From an uncultured Gemmatimonadales bacterium (GTDB lineage: Bacteria > Gemmatimonadota > Gemmatimonadetes > Gemmatimonadales > GWC2-71-9), in NCBI GenBank assembly GCA_963779755.1, contig CAVZZO010000001.1, positions 1,696,001 to 1,760,000 on the forward strand: a stretch of DNA of 64,000 nt. Reading direction: 5' to 3'. The notes beneath the pieces are model-generated. The model was not told where the DNA came from. It did no database searches and saw nothing but the letters and a program-made list of their open reading frames with translations. Both the position numbers and the translations under genes were made by a program. Shown piece after piece: positions 30,587-40,614 of the stretch; positions within the stretch are counted from its first letter, which is position 1; the number at the start of each line of letters is the position of its first letter.

Positions 30587-30685
30587 CTGGACTCCCGGGA
30601 TAACCTCGACCCCCTTGATCCTCTCGACCCTCTCGGACCTACCAAAGAGGTCGAGGGGGCCGGGAGGGTCAAGGGGGTCGAGGGA
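30587..30685. repeat. Palindromic 9-mer tandem repeat (CTCGACCCN / GGGGTCGAG)
   Basis: ctcgacccc cttgatcct ctcgaccct ... gaggtcgag agggtcaag ggggtcgag. Confidence 0.8.
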
Positions 30686-30700
30686 AGTGCCGGTAGTCGC

Positions 30701-31552
30701 CTACTCGATGGTGAACGGCTGCACCATACCGTGATCCAGGTGCGGCTTGCCGTCCCCGCGATCGGGAACGAAGCAGGCCAGCACGTAATTCCCGGCATCC
30801 AGGTTCACGTCGAAATCGCCCTCGCCACCCACCGGAAGGGTGCCCATGCCGCCCCGGACCTCGAACGGCGGCACACCCTTCATGCCGGCGCCGGCCCAGG
30901 CCTTGAGATCGGCCGCGGTCTTGCCCGGCAGCATCTTGAACAGCACCAGCTCGTGGTCCTGCTGGCCGGCGTTGACCACCCTGATGGTGTGGTGGCCGGC
31001 CGTCAGGGCGGGACTGGGCTCGAAGCCGTAATCCACCAGCTTGATGGTCACGTCGCCGGCCGGCATGGTCGCGGTGCCGGGAGTGCCGGTCACCGTGAGG
31101 GGATGCATCATGCCCTTGGCCACGTGAGGCATCCCGTCGGGCGAGGGAATGAAGCACAGGGCAACATACTGGCCGGCCGAGAGACTGACCGTGGCGTCGG
31201 TTTCCTGCCCCGGCATGGTGGCGTTGGGGCCGCCGACCCCCACCAGCCAGGCGGGGAAGGCGGCTTCACCCTGCTGGAGGAGGGCCATGAGGTCCTGCAC
31301 CGTCTTGGCGCTGTCCAGCCGGAAGAGCTGCACCTGGTGCAGTTCCTTGCCGCTGTTCTGGATCCGGACCGTGGTGACGCCCGGCGCGACCGTATCGGGC
31401 ATGACAAAACTGTAGTCCTTCGCCGTGATTGTCAGCGCGGTGGGCGTGGCGGGGGCGGCGGGCGCAGCCGCCTGAGCCGTCTGATGGGATTCCGACTTGC
31501 CGCAGGCGCCGACCAGAACCAGAACTGCCAGAGAGAAACTACGTCGTATCAT
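30701..31552 (-). CDS. Lipoprotein with two tandem cupredoxin-like domains
   Basis: Lipobox LVGAC; two repeats each with His ... CF(I/V)P..DG.PH...GM; AGGAG SD. Confidence 0.8.
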   Translation of the reverse strand: MIRRSFSLAVLVLVGACGKSESHQTAQAAAPAAPATPTALTITAKDYSFVMPDTVAPGVTTVRIQNSGKELHQVQLFRLDSAKTVQDLMALLQQGEAAFPAWLVGVGGPNATMPGQETDATVSLSAGQYVALCFIPSPDGMPHVAKGMMHPLTVTGTPGTATMPAGDVTIKLVDYGFEPSPALTAGHHTIRVVNAGQQDHELVLFKMLPGKTAADLKAWAGAGMKGVPPFEVRGGMGTLPVGGEGDFDVNLDAGNYVLACFVPDRGDGKPHLDHGMVQPFTIE

Positions 31553-31700
31553 GATGACGCTCCTGCACCGGGTAGGGATGTGGGGGGACGAACGGGTCAC
31601 AAATCTGATAACCGGGCCGCCGCCGCGCCAGAGGTAGTGTACGGAGCCTCGGCTCCGGGATTAGCTTCCCCTCACATTCCCGCCAACTCCGGAGACCAGC

Positions 31701-33617
31701 ATGCTCCGATCTGCGCTCCTGCTCCTCGGCCTTGCCGCGCTGCCCGCCGGGCTCTCCGCCCAGTGGAGCGTGGCCGATACCTCCCCCTTCCGCGCGCTGG
31801 ACCTGCCCGCCGCCACCCGTTACCGGGGCGGCGACGGGCGGCCCGGTCCCGACTACTGGCAGCAGCGGGTGGACTACCGCATCCAGGCCCGGCTGGACAC
31901 CGCCAGGCAGACCGTCACGGGGACCGAGACGATCCACTATACGAATCACGCGCCCATCGCGCTGCCCTATCTCTGGATGTTCCTGGAGCAGAACATGTGT
32001 GCGCCGGGGAGCATCACCAACCAGCTGCATCAGCCGCCGCTGGTTTTCCTGGGAAGCGTGTTCGACTTCTCGTGTCAGGGTTTTGCCGGCGGCGACTCCC
32101 TGGCCTTCGTCCGGGTCGACGGGAAATCCCTGACCCCCGTGCTCTCCGGCACCACCATGCGGCTCGATCTGCCGCAGCCGCTGGCGCCCGGCGCCTCGCT
32201 CGATCTGGAGCTGGGCTGGTCGTTCCGGGTCCCGCCTTACGGCGGCGGCCGCATGGGGCGCGACGGATTGCTCTACGAGATTGCCCAGTGGTATCCGCGG
32301 ATGGCGGTGTATGACGATATCCGCGGCTGGAACCACGAGCCGTATATCGGGGCGGGTGAGTTCTACCTCGAGTACGGCAGCTTCGATGTGCAGCTTACCG
32401 TCCCCGCCACCTTCCTGGTGGCGGCGACCGGGACGCTGCAGAACCCGGAGGCCGTCCTGACCGCCGCCGAGCGCGACCGGCTGGCCCGCGCGCGGCAGTC
32501 CGACACGGCCATGGCGGTGATCACGAAGGCGGAAGCGTCGAACGCGGTGAAGACGCGTCCGGCGCAGCGCGGCGAGCTGACCTGGCACTTCACCGCCGAC
32601 AGCGTACGCGACTTTGCCTTTGCCACGGCGCCGGGGCTGCGCTGGGATGCCAGCGGCTACGACGGGATCCTCATCAACACCCTGTATCGCCCCGCGGCCG
32701 CCCGCTGGGAAGAGGCCAATCGGATGGCGCGCGAAGCCATTCGGTATTTCAGCGAGCAGTGGTACCGCTATCCCTATCCGCACGCCACCACGGTCGAAGG
32801 GCCGATCGAGGGGATGGAGTACCCCATGCTCACCTTCGTACCCAACAGCCCCGCGCGGGAGGACCTTCAGTGGGTGCTCTCCCATGAGTTCGGGCACGAG
32901 TGGTTCCCCATGGTGGTGGGCTCCAACGAGCGGCTCTACCCCTGGATGGATGAGGGTTTCAACACATTCATCGACCTCGGCGGGGCGGCGCGCTACTTCG
33001 AGGGAACCCCCTACGGCGACAGCATCGAGGTGCATCCGCTGCACCTCTACCCCGATCACGCCGTCGCCGGCCAGGAGCAGCCGCTCATCACCCGTCCGGT
33101 GGAATCACGCGACCTCTTCTGGACCGCATACCAGAAACCGGCGCTCATGATGCAGGAGCTGCGTTACGAGGTGCTGGGCAGGGAGCGCTTCGATCCGGCC
33201 TTCCGGGCGTACATCCAGGCCTGGGCTTTCAAACATCCGGCGCCGGCCGATTTCTTCCGGCTGATGCGCGATCAGTCGGGCGTGGACCTGGACTGGTTCT
33301 GGCGCGAATGGGTGTTCTCCACTGCTCGGCTCGACCAGGCGGTGGACTCGGTGCGCTCCAGCCCCGACAGCGGCAGCGCGGTCTATCTCTCCAACCGGCG
33401 CAAGATGGTGATGCCCGCCGAGCTGGAGCTGACCTACGCCGACGGCCGGACAGAGCGGATCCATCTGCCCATTGAAATGTGGAACCAGGGGCCGCGGTTT
33501 ACCTATCGCGCCCCGAAGGGGAAGACGGTGGTGAAGGCGGATCTGGATCCGCGTCATGCACTGCCGGATGTGGATCGGGGGAACAATGTGGGGACGGAAA
33601 CAGGAGAACAGCACTGA
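31701..33617 (+). CDS. Secreted M1-family metallopeptidase
   Basis: Signal peptide; PDYWQQRVDY, QWYPRMAVYDD, GMEYPM, HEFGH..WMDEG. Confidence 0.92.
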   Translation: MLRSALLLLGLAALPAGLSAQWSVADTSPFRALDLPAATRYRGGDGRPGPDYWQQRVDYRIQARLDTARQTVTGTETIHYTNHAPIALPYLWMFLEQNMCAPGSITNQLHQPPLVFLGSVFDFSCQGFAGGDSLAFVRVDGKSLTPVLSGTTMRLDLPQPLAPGASLDLELGWSFRVPPYGGGRMGRDGLLYEIAQWYPRMAVYDDIRGWNHEPYIGAGEFYLEYGSFDVQLTVPATFLVAATGTLQNPEAVLTAAERDRLARARQSDTAMAVITKAEASNAVKTRPAQRGELTWHFTADSVRDFAFATAPGLRWDASGYDGILINTLYRPAAARWEEANRMAREAIRYFSEQWYRYPYPHATTVEGPIEGMEYPMLTFVPNSPAREDLQWVLSHEFGHEWFPMVVGSNERLYPWMDEGFNTFIDLGGAARYFEGTPYGDSIEVHPLHLYPDHAVAGQEQPLITRPVESRDLFWTAYQKPALMMQELRYEVLGRERFDPAFRAYIQAWAFKHPAPADFFRLMRDQSGVDLDWFWREWVFSTARLDQAVDSVRSSPDSGSAVYLSNRRKMVMPAELELTYADGRTERIHLPIEMWNQGPRFTYRAPKGKTVVKADLDPRHALPDVDRGNNVGTETGEQH

Positions 33618-33692
33618 GAGAAAAGGCCTGAGAGAGAAGGACTGGGAGAAAAGGACTGGGAGAAAAGCCGGTCCTTCCGCTCAGTCCTTTGC
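33611..33692. repeat. 14-mer tandem repeat (GGACTGGGAGAAAA-like x4) with a partial inverted arm
   Basis: Units start at 33611, 33625, 33639 and 33653; related element at 46496-46553. Confidence 0.8.
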
Positions 33693-34781
33693 GCGTTCCT
33701 CTTTTCCGGTCGCCCGCCGCAGCATCAGCAGCTCGGAGACATTCTCCAGGGTCAGCAGCCCGACCAGCCGGCCGTCCTGCACCACCGGCAGGGCCGGCAC
33801 GCCGCTGGCCCGCAGCCGCGCCAGCGCCTGGGGAAACGGCACCTCGGGCCCCAGCGCCGGTACCGGGCCGGCCATGGCTTCGGCCACCGTCCCGTTCTCC
33901 CCATGCTGGGCGAGTCCCCGCACCAGCAGGTCCCGTGTCAGGATGCCTTCCACGGCTCCGAGGTTGTCCACCACCGGGAACTCGCTCTGGTCGCCCTCCA
34001 GCAGCAACCGCGCCGCATCGCTCAGCCGGGCGTGGATCGGGAGGGTCTGAAAGCGTGTCATCATCATATCCGCCGCCGTCACGCCCGCCCCGGCAAAGCG
34101 GGTTTCCACCGCCGACATTTCGGCGGCGGCGCCGGTAAAGACGAACAGGGCAATGAGCAGGAGCAGGATGTTGAAATGGCCCACCACGGCCAGGATGCCG
34201 AACAGCACCGCGAGCCCCTGCCCGATGCGCGCGGCGACCCGGGTGGCCCGTTGCAGCCCCATCCGGCTGGAAAGGATGGAGCGCAGCACCCGTCCGCCGT
34301 CCATGGGAAAGGCGGGGATCAGGTTGAAGACCAGCAGGATCACGTTCACCAGCATGAGCTGGGTGAAGAAGGGCAGGGTGAGGGCATTTTCCGTCCGGGG
34401 CAGGATCGGCTGGTGCGTCAGCCGCAGCATCACGAGCAGCACGCCGGCGATGGCCAGGGTGACGGCGGGGCCGGCCAGGGCAACCAGCAGTTCCTGTTTC
34501 GGCTCCTCGGGAATGCGCTCCAGCCGGGCCACGCCGCCGATGGGGAGCAGCAGGATGTCCGGCGTGCGCACCCCGAAGCGGCGCGCCATCATGATGTGGC
34601 CGAACTCGTGCGCCAGCACGCAGGCGAAGAGGGCCAGCAGAAAGACGACGCTGCCCACGGCCGCCGCCGTGCCCCCCTGCTGTGCTGCGCTCAGGGCAAA
34701 CCACGCCAGCAGCAGGAGGAAGGTCACATGGACCTTGACCTCCGTGCCGGCGATGCGGACCAGACGGAAGGACCAGCGCAT
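33681..34781 (-). CDS. Site-2 protease (M50) with CBS domain pair
   Basis: HEFGH, LLPIGGVA, ALAGP, FNLIPAFPMDGGR; C-terminal CBS pair. Confidence 0.93.
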   Translation of the reverse strand: MRWSFRLVRIAGTEVKVHVTFLLLLAWFALSAAQQGGTAAAVGSVVFLLALFACVLAHEFGHIMMARRFGVRTPDILLLPIGGVARLERIPEEPKQELLVALAGPAVTLAIAGVLLVMLRLTHQPILPRTENALTLPFFTQLMLVNVILLVFNLIPAFPMDGGRVLRSILSSRMGLQRATRVAARIGQGLAVLFGILAVVGHFNILLLLIALFVFTGAAAEMSAVETRFAGAGVTAADMMMTRFQTLPIHARLSDAARLLLEGDQSEFPVVDNLGAVEGILTRDLLVRGLAQHGENGTVAEAMAGPVPALGPEVPFPQALARLRASGVPALPVVQDGRLVGLLTLENVSELLMLRRATGKEERAKD

Positions 34782-34861
34782 GCCCGAAGTATAGCGGCTT
34801 CCTCCCGTCTGGCCCCGGTCGGCGCTAACTTATTCCCGTACCCCGTCCTGGAGCCCTCGCC

Positions 34862-36796
34862 ATCGCCACCACCACCGCGCCCGCCGCCGCCGGCTGGACC
34901 ACCCGGGATTCCGAGAAGCTCTATAACATGAGCGGCTGGGGCCAGGGCTATTTCCGGATCAATCCGGACGGCCACGTGTCCGTGCACCCGGACGCCAATC
35001 CCAAACGCGGGCTGGACCTCTACCAGTTGGCGCTCGATCTCAACGCCCAGGGCGTCGGCCTGCCGCTGCTGCTCCGGTTTTCCGATATCCTGCGCTCCCG
35101 CGTGGATACGCTGGCGGGCGAGTTCCAGCACGCCATCAGCGAGTTCACCTATGAAGGGGCCTACACCGCGGTGTATCCCATCAAGGTGAACCAGCAGCGT
35201 CACGTGGTGCAGGAAATCGTGGAGTTCGGCCGCCCCTACCACGTGGGGCTGGAGTGCGGCAGCAAGGGCGAGCTGCAGGCGGTACTGGGGCTCACCGATC
35301 GCACCGAAAACCTGATCATCTGCAACGGCTACAAGGACGAGGAGTTCATGCGGCTGGCCCTGATGGGCCAGAAGCTGGGCCACCGCGTCATGATCGTGCT
35401 GGAGCAGCTGAGCGAGCTCGACGTCCTGCTCCAGGTGGCCGCGGACCTGGGCACGGTGCCCACCATGGGGGTGCGGATCAAGCTGGCCAGCCAGGGAAGC
35501 GGCCGCTGGGCCAAGAGCGCGGGCGAAGGCTCCAAGTTCGGGCTCAGCGCCGCCGAGCTGATGAAACTGCTGAGCCGTCTGGATGAGCTGGGGCGTCGCG
35601 AGGTGCTCAAGCTGATCCACTTCCACCTGGGCAGCCAGATCCCCGACATCCGCTACATCAAATCCGCCCTGGAAGAGGCCAGCCGGTTCTACCTCGAGCT
35701 GCACCGGATGGGCTTCCCGGTGGAGTTCGTGGATGTGGGGGGCGGCCTGGGCGTGGATTACGACGGCTCCCGCTCCACCCGCCCGGCCAGCATCAACTAC
35801 AGCATCCGGGAGTACGCCAACGACGTGGTGTACACCCTGGGGAATGCCTGCCGCACGGCCGGGATCCCCATGCCGCACATCGTCTCCGAGTCGGGCCGGG
35901 CGCTCACCGCCCACCATTCGCTCCTGCTGGTGAATGTGATCGGGGTCGAGATGCCCTCGGAGCCGCCGGTGCCCAAGGTCGGCAAGCGGGCTCACCAGGT
36001 GCTGCGCGACATGGCGGAGAATCTGGAATCCATGAGCGTGGAGCGGGCCCAGGAAGTGGCGCACGACGCGGTGTTCGCCAAGCAGCGGGCGCAGGAGCTC
36101 TTCGTGAACGGCGTGTTCAGCCTGGAGGAGCGGGCTACGGCCGAGCAGCTCTACGTCGCCACCATGCGCCAGCTGGGACGGCTCATCGCCGAGGAAAAAT
36201 CGAGCTTCCCCGAAGTGAGCGCCGACGTCGAGGCCACGCTGGTGGACCGCTACTTCTGCAATTTTTCCGTCTTTCAGTCGCTGCCCGACAACTGGGCCAT
36301 CGACCAGCTCTTTCCCATCATGCCCATCCACCGGCTGCTGGAGCAGCCCACCCGCCGGGGTACGCTGCACGATATCACCTGCGATTCCGACGGCGTAATC
36401 GACCGTTTCCCCGGCGGCCGCAAGGGCAAGCCGGCGCTGGAGCTGCATGCGGTGGCCGAGGGAGCGCCTTACATCCTGGGCATCTTCCTCACCGGTGCCT
36501 ATCAGGAGATCCTGGGCGACCTGCACAATCTCTTCGGCGACACCAACGCGGTGCACGTCCGCCTCACCGACACCGGCTACGAGATCACCGACCTGGTGCA
36601 CGGCGATACCGTCACCGAGGTGCTGAACTACGTGCAGTTCCACGCCTCCGACCTGCTGGCCACCTTCCGGCGCAAGGTGAACGCCGCCAGCGGCCTCACC
36701 CGGCAGGAAGCCAACGCATTCATCGCCGACTACGTAGCCGGGCTGGAAGGCTATACCTACCTGGAGGGCGATATTCCGCGGGAAGCGGCCGGCTGA
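34862..36796 (+). CDS. speA: Biosynthetic arginine decarboxylase; probable ATC start at 34862 (first in-frame ATG at 34928)
   Basis: WTTRDSEKLYNMSGWGQGYF, YPIKVNQ (PLP Lys), CNGYKD, HFHLGSQI, DVGGGLGVDYDG, ESGRA, DITCDSDG, GAYQEILGDLHNLFG. Confidence 0.95.
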   Translation: MATTTAPAAAGWTTRDSEKLYNMSGWGQGYFRINPDGHVSVHPDANPKRGLDLYQLALDLNAQGVGLPLLLRFSDILRSRVDTLAGEFQHAISEFTYEGAYTAVYPIKVNQQRHVVQEIVEFGRPYHVGLECGSKGELQAVLGLTDRTENLIICNGYKDEEFMRLALMGQKLGHRVMIVLEQLSELDVLLQVAADLGTVPTMGVRIKLASQGSGRWAKSAGEGSKFGLSAAELMKLLSRLDELGRREVLKLIHFHLGSQIPDIRYIKSALEEASRFYLELHRMGFPVEFVDVGGGLGVDYDGSRSTRPASINYSIREYANDVVYTLGNACRTAGIPMPHIVSESGRALTAHHSLLLVNVIGVEMPSEPPVPKVGKRAHQVLRDMAENLESMSVERAQEVAHDAVFAKQRAQELFVNGVFSLEERATAEQLYVATMRQLGRLIAEEKSSFPEVSADVEATLVDRYFCNFSVFQSLPDNWAIDQLFPIMPIHRLLEQPTRRGTLHDITCDSDGVIDRFPGGRKGKPALELHAVAEGAPYILGIFLTGAYQEILGDLHNLFGDTNAVHVRLTDTGYEITDLVHGDTVTEVLNYVQFHASDLLATFRRKVNAASGLTRQEANAFIADYVAGLEGYTYLEGDIPREAAG

Positions 36797-36797
36797 G

Positions 36798-39700
36798 ATG
36801 CCCCGGAAACCCGGCAAACGACCGGCGCCGCGCGCACGCAAGGCCGCCGGGAAGCGTGCGCCGGGCCGCCGGGCCGCCGAGCCCGGCGCGGGGAAGGGCC
36901 CCTTCCCGGTCGTGGCGATCGGCGCCTCGGCCGGCGGTCTGAAGGCCCTGCAGGGGTTTCTCAGCGGCATCCCGGCCGACTGCGGCCTGGGGTTCTGCGT
37001 CATTCAGCATCTCGATCCTACCCACCGCAGCAACATGGCGGAGCTGCTCGGCCGCCATACCGGGCTCACGGTCTCCGATGCCGAGGAGGGGACGCGCCTC
37101 ACCCCGGGCCACGTCTACACCATCCCTCCCAATACGGTGATGGTGATCGCCGATGGGACCCTCCACCTGCACCAGCCGTTGGAAAAGCGCGGGGCTCGCA
37201 TGCCCATCGACGCGTTCTTCCGCTCGCTGGCCGAGGAACGGCAGGAGCGGGCCATCGGGGTGGTCCTCTCCGGGACCGGCTCCGACGGCACCCTCGGCTT
37301 GCGCGCCATCAAGGCGGCGGGCGGGCTCTGTGTGGCGCAGGACCCCGACACGGCCGAGCACGACGGCATGCCGCGAAGCGCCATCACCACCGGTCTGGTG
37401 GACTATATCCTGCCGGTGGAGCGCATGGGCGACGCGCTGCTCAAGTTCGTGCGCCATCCGTATATCACGCAGGCACCCCCGCCCGACCGGGCGGCCCCGG
37501 CGCCCGACGGCATCCAGGCCATTCTGGCGCTGTTGCGTGCCCGGATCAAGTTCGATTTCGCCGGTTATCGCCGGGGCACCCTGGCGCGCCGCATCCAGCG
37601 CCGCATGGGCTTGCGCCATATCGTGCGTTTCCCGGAATACCTCCAGTACCTCCGGGATCATCCTGCAGAGGTGCAGGACCTCTTCAAGGACCTGCTCATC
37701 AGCGTCACGGCCTTCTTCCGCGAGCCCGAGGCCTGGCGCTACCTGGCGGACCACGTGGTGCCGCGCATCGTCCCCAGCCACGACGAAGAACGGCCCGTCC
37801 GCGTCTGGGTACCCGGCTGCGCCACGGGAGAGGAAGCCTACTCCGCCGCCATGGTCATTCTGGAGAAGCTGGACGCCCTGAACCTGAGCATTCCGGTGCA
37901 GGTCTTTGCCTCCGACCTCGATCGCGACGTGCTGGAACAGGCCCGGATGGGCATCTATCCCGAGAGTATCGCGGCGGAATTGTCCCCGGAACGGCTGCGC
38001 CGGTTTTTCATCCGCCGTGAGAGCGGGGCGTATCAGGTCTGCAAGCAGTTGCGGGAGTCCGTGGTGTTCGCACAGCAGAACGTGCTGGTGGACCCGCCCT
38101 TCAGCCGCCTGGATCTCATCACCTGCCGGAACCTGCTGATTTACCTGGAGCCGGAGACCCAGCGCCGCCTGATGTCGCTCTTCCATTTTGCCCTGCGGGA
38201 GAACGGCTTCCTCTTCCTCGGCAATGCGGAATCGGTCCCCGCACAGCAGGATCTGTTCGAATCGGTCTCCAGACGCTGGCGCGTCTATCGCCGCATCGGC
38301 GCGGGCCGGCCCGAGCGGGTGGAGTTTCCCGCCCCCACCGGGTCGATCGCGCCACGCGCGCCCACCGTGCTGCCGCCGATGTCGCTTCCCCTGCCGGCCC
38401 GGGAAGCGAAGGTGGGCACGGCCGTCCAGGATATTCTGCTCGAGCGGTTCATCCCCGCCAGCGTCGTGGTCAATCCCAAGGGAGAAATCCTCTATCAGTA
38501 CGGCCCCACCGGCCGCTTCCTGGAGCCGCCGCGCGGGCGGGTCAGCAGCGACTTGTTACGGCAGGTGAGCGGCGGTCTCCGCAGCCACCTGCGGAACGCG
38601 CTGCGGCAGGCGGGCCAGACGGGTGAACGGGTCACCACCCGGGTCACCCGCCGCAAGGGCCCGGACGGCGGCCAGCTGGTGACAATCTCGGTCGAGCAAC
38701 TCCACCATCCGCCGGAGGCCGGGGGCCTGCTGCTGGTGGTGCTGGAAGAACAGCCGCTGCCGGACCGTGCCGGTACCCTGTCGGCCGCGGAGGAGCGCCT
38801 GGTATCGCAGCTCGAATACGAACTCCGCGTGTCGCAGGAAGAGCTGCGCACCACCACCGAACAGCTGGCGACCTCGAACGAGGAGTACAAGGCCGCCAAT
38901 GAAGAGATGATGTCGATGAACGAGGAGCTCCAGTCCACCAACGAGGAGCTGGAGACCTCGAAAGAAGAGCTGCAGTCGCTCAACGAAGAGCTGAGCACGG
39001 TCAACAGCCAGCTGGAAGCCAAGGTGGCCGAGCTGGAACAGTCGAACAACGACCTGGCCAATCTGATCAACAATACCGAGATCGGCACGCTCTTCCTGGA
39101 TCTGCATCTCCGGGTCCGGCGCTTCACGCCCGCGCTCAACCGGCTGATGCGGCTCATCCCGGCCGACATCGGCCGCTCGATCGGCGATGTCCGGCAGCGC
39201 TTCCAGGCCGTCGATCTGTACCACGACGCACAGGCGGTGCTGGAACGGCTCACCCCCATTGAGCGGCAGGTCCGGAGCGAGGAGGGAAGCTGGTATCTGT
39301 GCCGGCTGCTGCCCTATCGCACCGAAGACCACCAGGTGGGCGGCATCATCATCACCTTCGTGGACATCACCGACCGCCGCCTGGCCGAAAGCCGCCGCTT
39401 TGCCGAGACCATCCTCGCCACCACCCGCGAGCCGGTGCTGGTGCTGCGGACCGATCTCCAGGTGTATGCCGCCAACCGGGCCTTCCTCGAGCTGGTCGGG
39501 AGGCCGAACGCGGACGTCGAGGGCGCCGCGCTGGCCGATATCGCCGCCCTGCTGGGGAGCGACGAGACCCTGATCGCCTCGGCGCGGCGCGTCATCGACG
39601 GGGCAGAGGTAACCACCGATATTCCGCTCGGGCGGGATATCGGCGATGGTCGCCATGCCCTGATGGGCGACATTCAGCCACTGAAGCTGGACGACGGCGG

Positions 39701-40457
39701 CCCGGACATGATCCTCCTGGTGTTGCGGGACGTCAGCCGGCAGCAGGAGGAATCCAACCAGGCCCGGCAGAACCAGATGACTACCCGCGAGCTGCTGCGG
39801 GAGTTCCTGCGACTGCAGGAAGAAGAGCGGCGGGGAATCGCCCGCGAGCTGCACGACCAGGTCGGACAATACCTGACGGCGATCGGCCTGGCCCTGAAAT
39901 CGCTTCAGGGCCGCACCGCCGACGACCCGGCGCTGGCGGGGCTGCTGGATCATCTGCGGGAGATGACCGGCCAGTTGAGCCGGCGCACGCATACCCTGGC
40001 GCTGGAGTTGCGGCCGCCGGAACTGGACCAGCTGGGGCTGGTGCACGCGCTGGAGAGCTATCTGGAAGAGCGGGCCGAGCATGCCGGCCTGCAGGTGAGT
40101 CTCGATGCTTCGGGCCTCGCCGGGGCGACCCTGCCGCCCGAGACGGAAACCACCCTGTTCCGGGTGCTGCAGGAAGCGCTCACCAACGTCATCCAGCATG
40201 CGCATGCGAATGCGGTGCAGGTGTCGCTCAGCGTGCAGGATGGCACCGTCACCATGCTGGTGCGCGACGACGGCAGCGGCTTCGATGCCGCGGCCGTTCT
40301 GGCCGGCCGGGGCCCCGCGCGCCGGCTCGGCATTCTCGGCATGGAGGAGCGGGTCAGTCAGATCGGCGGGTCGCTGACCGTAGAGTCGGCGTCCGGGGCC
40401 GGTGCCACCGTCCGGGTGGCGGTGCCGGTGGAAGGGTCGCCGCCCCCCGGGGTGTGA
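36798..40457 (+). CDS. CheB methylesterase-CheR methyltransferase-PAS-histidine kinase (NarQ-like) fusion
   Basis: GASAGG, QHL, LSGTGSDG; VTAFFRE, GCATGEEAYS, CRNLLIY; NEELQS coiled coil; ARELHD, QEALTNV, DDGSGF. Confidence 0.93.
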   Translation: MPRKPGKRPAPRARKAAGKRAPGRRAAEPGAGKGPFPVVAIGASAGGLKALQGFLSGIPADCGLGFCVIQHLDPTHRSNMAELLGRHTGLTVSDAEEGTRLTPGHVYTIPPNTVMVIADGTLHLHQPLEKRGARMPIDAFFRSLAEERQERAIGVVLSGTGSDGTLGLRAIKAAGGLCVAQDPDTAEHDGMPRSAITTGLVDYILPVERMGDALLKFVRHPYITQAPPPDRAAPAPDGIQAILALLRARIKFDFAGYRRGTLARRIQRRMGLRHIVRFPEYLQYLRDHPAEVQDLFKDLLISVTAFFREPEAWRYLADHVVPRIVPSHDEERPVRVWVPGCATGEEAYSAAMVILEKLDALNLSIPVQVFASDLDRDVLEQARMGIYPESIAAELSPERLRRFFIRRESGAYQVCKQLRESVVFAQQNVLVDPPFSRLDLITCRNLLIYLEPETQRRLMSLFHFALRENGFLFLGNAESVPAQQDLFESVSRRWRVYRRIGAGRPERVEFPAPTGSIAPRAPTVLPPMSLPLPAREAKVGTAVQDILLERFIPASVVVNPKGEILYQYGPTGRFLEPPRGRVSSDLLRQVSGGLRSHLRNALRQAGQTGERVTTRVTRRKGPDGGQLVTISVEQLHHPPEAGGLLLVVLEEQPLPDRAGTLSAAEERLVSQLEYELRVSQEELRTTTEQLATSNEEYKAANEEMMSMNEELQSTNEELETSKEELQSLNEELSTVNSQLEAKVAELEQSNNDLANLINNTEIGTLFLDLHLRVRRFTPALNRLMRLIPADIGRSIGDVRQRFQAVDLYHDAQAVLERLTPIERQVRSEEGSWYLCRLLPYRTEDHQVGGIIITFVDITDRRLAESRRFAETILATTREPVLVLRTDLQVYAANRAFLELVGRPNADVEGAALADIAALLGSDETLIASARRVIDGAEVTTDIPLGRDIGDGRHALMGDIQPLKLDDGGPDMILLVLRDVSRQQEESNQARQNQMTTRELLREFLRLQEEERRGIARELHDQVGQYLTAIGLALKSLQGRTADDPALAGLLDHLREMTGQLSRRTHTLALELRPPELDQLGLVHALESYLEERAEHAGLQVSLDASGLAGATLPPETETTLFRVLQEALTNVIQHAHANAVQVSLSVQDGTVTMLVRDDGSGFDAAAVLAGRGPARRLGILGMEERVSQIGGSLTVESASGAGATVRVAVPVEGSPPPGV

Positions 40458-40614
40458 GCTTCCTCACTTCCGGCGCGGGCTGCCCGCTGCACTTTTCCCC
40501 AATCCTTAACCTGCCTATGGTATGGAGGAGCGGGCGACCGATCCGCTCCGGCTTCTGATCGCTTCGCCGTTCCCTGTCACATCCCGCCGCGGGTGCGCCC
40601 GCGCGAGTGCCTTC

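Noticed and set aside
30581..30703. Stop-codon readthrough fusing the cupredoxin lipoprotein to the in-frame TIGR01777 gene
   Set aside because: The linker is repeat DNA, and a secreted lipoprotein fused to a cytoplasmic NAD-binding enzyme is implausible.
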